A DNA stretch of 37,287 bases from assembly GCA_020536535.1 (NCBI GenBank), contig JAHLWZ010000020.1, positions 1 through 37,287 of the forward strand, written 5' to 3'. A program made the position numbers and the translations under genes. Every line of letters starts with the position of its first letter. Within the stretch, counting starts at the first letter, position 1. The notes under the pieces were generated by a model. That model was given only the letters and a program-made list of their open reading frames with translations. It was not told the DNA's origin and did no database searches. Origin of the DNA: Pelomyxa schiedti (lineage: Eukaryota > Protista > Evosea). Shown here piece after piece: positions 35,264 through 37,287 of this stretch.

Positions 35264-36497
35264 TTACTGGCCAAGCCACCACTTTGTTTGGGAAAAGTCC
35301 GGATCCCTGCTGTGGTTAGCATCGCAGAAGTCCTTGATGTCATCAAGTGTGATTCCAAGATTGGTGCTGTTGATGGTGAACTGTGCAGTAAGTGGCGTGG
35401 ATGCAACGATTTGCATGAAGTACTTGATGGCAACATCCCNNNNNNNNNNNNNNNNNNNNNNNNNNNNNNNNNNNNNNNNNNNNNNNNNNNNNNNNNNNNN
35501 NNNNNNNNNNNNNNNNNNNNNNNNNNNNNNNNNNNNNNNTGTTTCCTTTGTTGATCTCCCCGCAGTTCCGCACAAGCCACTTCAACACATCCAAATGCCC
35601 ATTTATGCTCACTTCCCCCATGATGTGGAACACTCCCCTCTTGCTCCAGAATTCGCCACACAGAGGAGAACTCCAACTCTTCCACTGAAAAGAAATCTTT
35701 AGAACAGTAGCATGATTTAAAGAGAGAGATCCAAATACACACACCACACTGTCAGAACTTCTTCCTGTGAATGAATTATCACCACCACCATCACTGCTTG
35801 GTGGCCAAAGCACCAACGCCTTTGTATGTCCGGCGGTGGAACTGTCTATCTCTCCTCCCTCCTCACACCAGAACTCACACCCGTTCTCCACGAACCTCTG
35901 AGCCATCTTCAAGTGTCCACCCACGCACAGCCCCCTCAGCACAGCAACCTGCTCCTTGGCCTTCCTCCTCCTCCGACGATCCATCTCCATCTCCGCGTTC
36001 ATGTAACCTTCATCTGAAGCTGATGATGTTAGCGGCAGGGCGTTGCCACGATTCTGGGACGACTTGTTTTGGATGAGCCACGCGACGCACCTCGGGCTGA
36101 GCGCCCCCGCCGCCGCCTCGATGGAGAGGTAGTGCCGCGACCTGCAGTGGGACTTGCTGTGCAGCAGCAGCACGGCGCGGGAGGCCAGGGCCACCAGGGG
36201 GAACATCGCCTCGGCCGTGGCCAGCACGCACGACACAGCCCAGGGGCGTGGCAGCCATTCGTCGTCGTAGTAACACTCCTTGCGAGGAGCGAGGGCTGGG
36301 GGCAGGACCCAGGGCACCACCACTTGCTCCCAAACAACTCGTGAGATCCCCAAAATAGGCTGTTTCTCTGTTAGTGGTGGTGATGGATTGTTCAAGGTGG
36401 GGCCCTGTCTGTGCTTTGTTGGCGGTGGTGGTGGTGATGGTGGGTGGAACTCGTCGGCGGTTGGGCTCCCCACGACTACGACGCTTGGGTTGTTCAT
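35264..36497 (-). CDS. Family A protein, tandem copy 2 (middle hidden in N gap)
   Basis: 35540..36497 is nearly identical to ~33610..34564. 35264..35439 is homologous to the terminal exon of copy 1. Confidence 0.8.
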
Positions 36498-37111
36498 CTC
36501 TACGTATCGTTTTTCTTGGAACCTGATTTGGCAATTGTTCAGTGTGGCTTGTGCCTTTGATTAATAATCACAACCACCCAAATGAAAAGGAACAAGTGGT
36601 ACTCTCCCATTTGCTTTTCGTCGTCTTTCCCGCCACACACCGTTCCATTTGCTTGTTATGTTATATCTATCTAACATAATTATGATCCAGTTGCCTGTTA
36701 TGTTTCGTTAATGTATTAACTTTAACTTTTTTATAAATTTAAAGTAATTACGCAGGTAACTTTTCCATTCAACCTGAGAAGTCTCCGGCATTAAACCAGT
36801 ATTTATGGCAGCTTTCCACTGGTATGTGGCTTCTTCTTTCTTCGTTTTCTCACGTAAGATAATTTAGGTGCCGGACATGGTGGTGGTGATCCCAGCTGGC
36901 TAGGTAACCTCCTTCTGTATTTCCAGTGGCTTTTTTTTTTACAGCGGGGCCCAGCTGCCAAGATGACCACCAACGTACATCCCTCCCCCTTGTGTAACTA
37001 CCACTCAAAAGTACTAGGTTCTGGACTGGTGGGCACCAGGCCGAAAAACGCACAGGTGGGCTACAGGGTAGGTTCTCTTGATCTCAGTTCGATTCTGAGT
37101 GGGCGTGCGTG

Positions 37112-37287
37112 TTACTGGCCAAGCCACCACTTTGTTTGGGAAAAGTCCGGATCCCTGCTGTGGTTGGCATCGCAGAAGTCCTTGATGTCATCAAGTGTGA
37201 TTCCAAGATTGGTGCTGTTGATGGTGAACTGTGCAGTAAGTGGCGTGGATGCAACGATTTGCATGAAGTACTTGATGGCAACATCCC
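37112..37287 (-). CDS. 3' end of family A tandem copy 3 (runs off the window)
   Basis: Nearly identical to 35264..35439. The preceding spacer 36498..37111 repeats 34565..35263 with indels. Confidence 0.8.
   Translation of the reverse strand, partial: DVAIKYFMQIVASTPLTAQFTINSTNLGITLDDIKDFCDANHSRDPDFSQTKWWLGQ

Overview
Intron-rich, gene-dense eukaryotic DNA with short GT-AG introns (about 33-150 nt) and four 100-N scaffold gaps. The expanded orphan gene families resemble what I recall of the archamoeba Pelomyxa; this is inference and was not checked. Recognisable genes: adenylate kinase with an N-terminal hydrophobic leader, symplekin, a six-TM voltage-gated K+ channel, and an actin-related protein fused behind a long proline-rich/WH2-like arm. 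Two tandem paralogues encode SEL1 repeats, a coiled coil and a kinase with PINK1-type motifs, and one carries an inactivating deletion. A three-exon 163-aa gene combines a prokaryote/phage-like 'GFVSNSS' N-terminus with a C-terminal PCNA PIP box. A 1.4-kb non-autonomous TIR element and a 141-bp nested hairpin lie between the two kinase genes. Two lineage-specific multigene families (family A, ankyrin-like; family B, F-box-like N-terminus plus beta-rich C-terminus) appear as intact copies, pseudogenes, fragments and a tandem array. Exon structures were inferred by eye.
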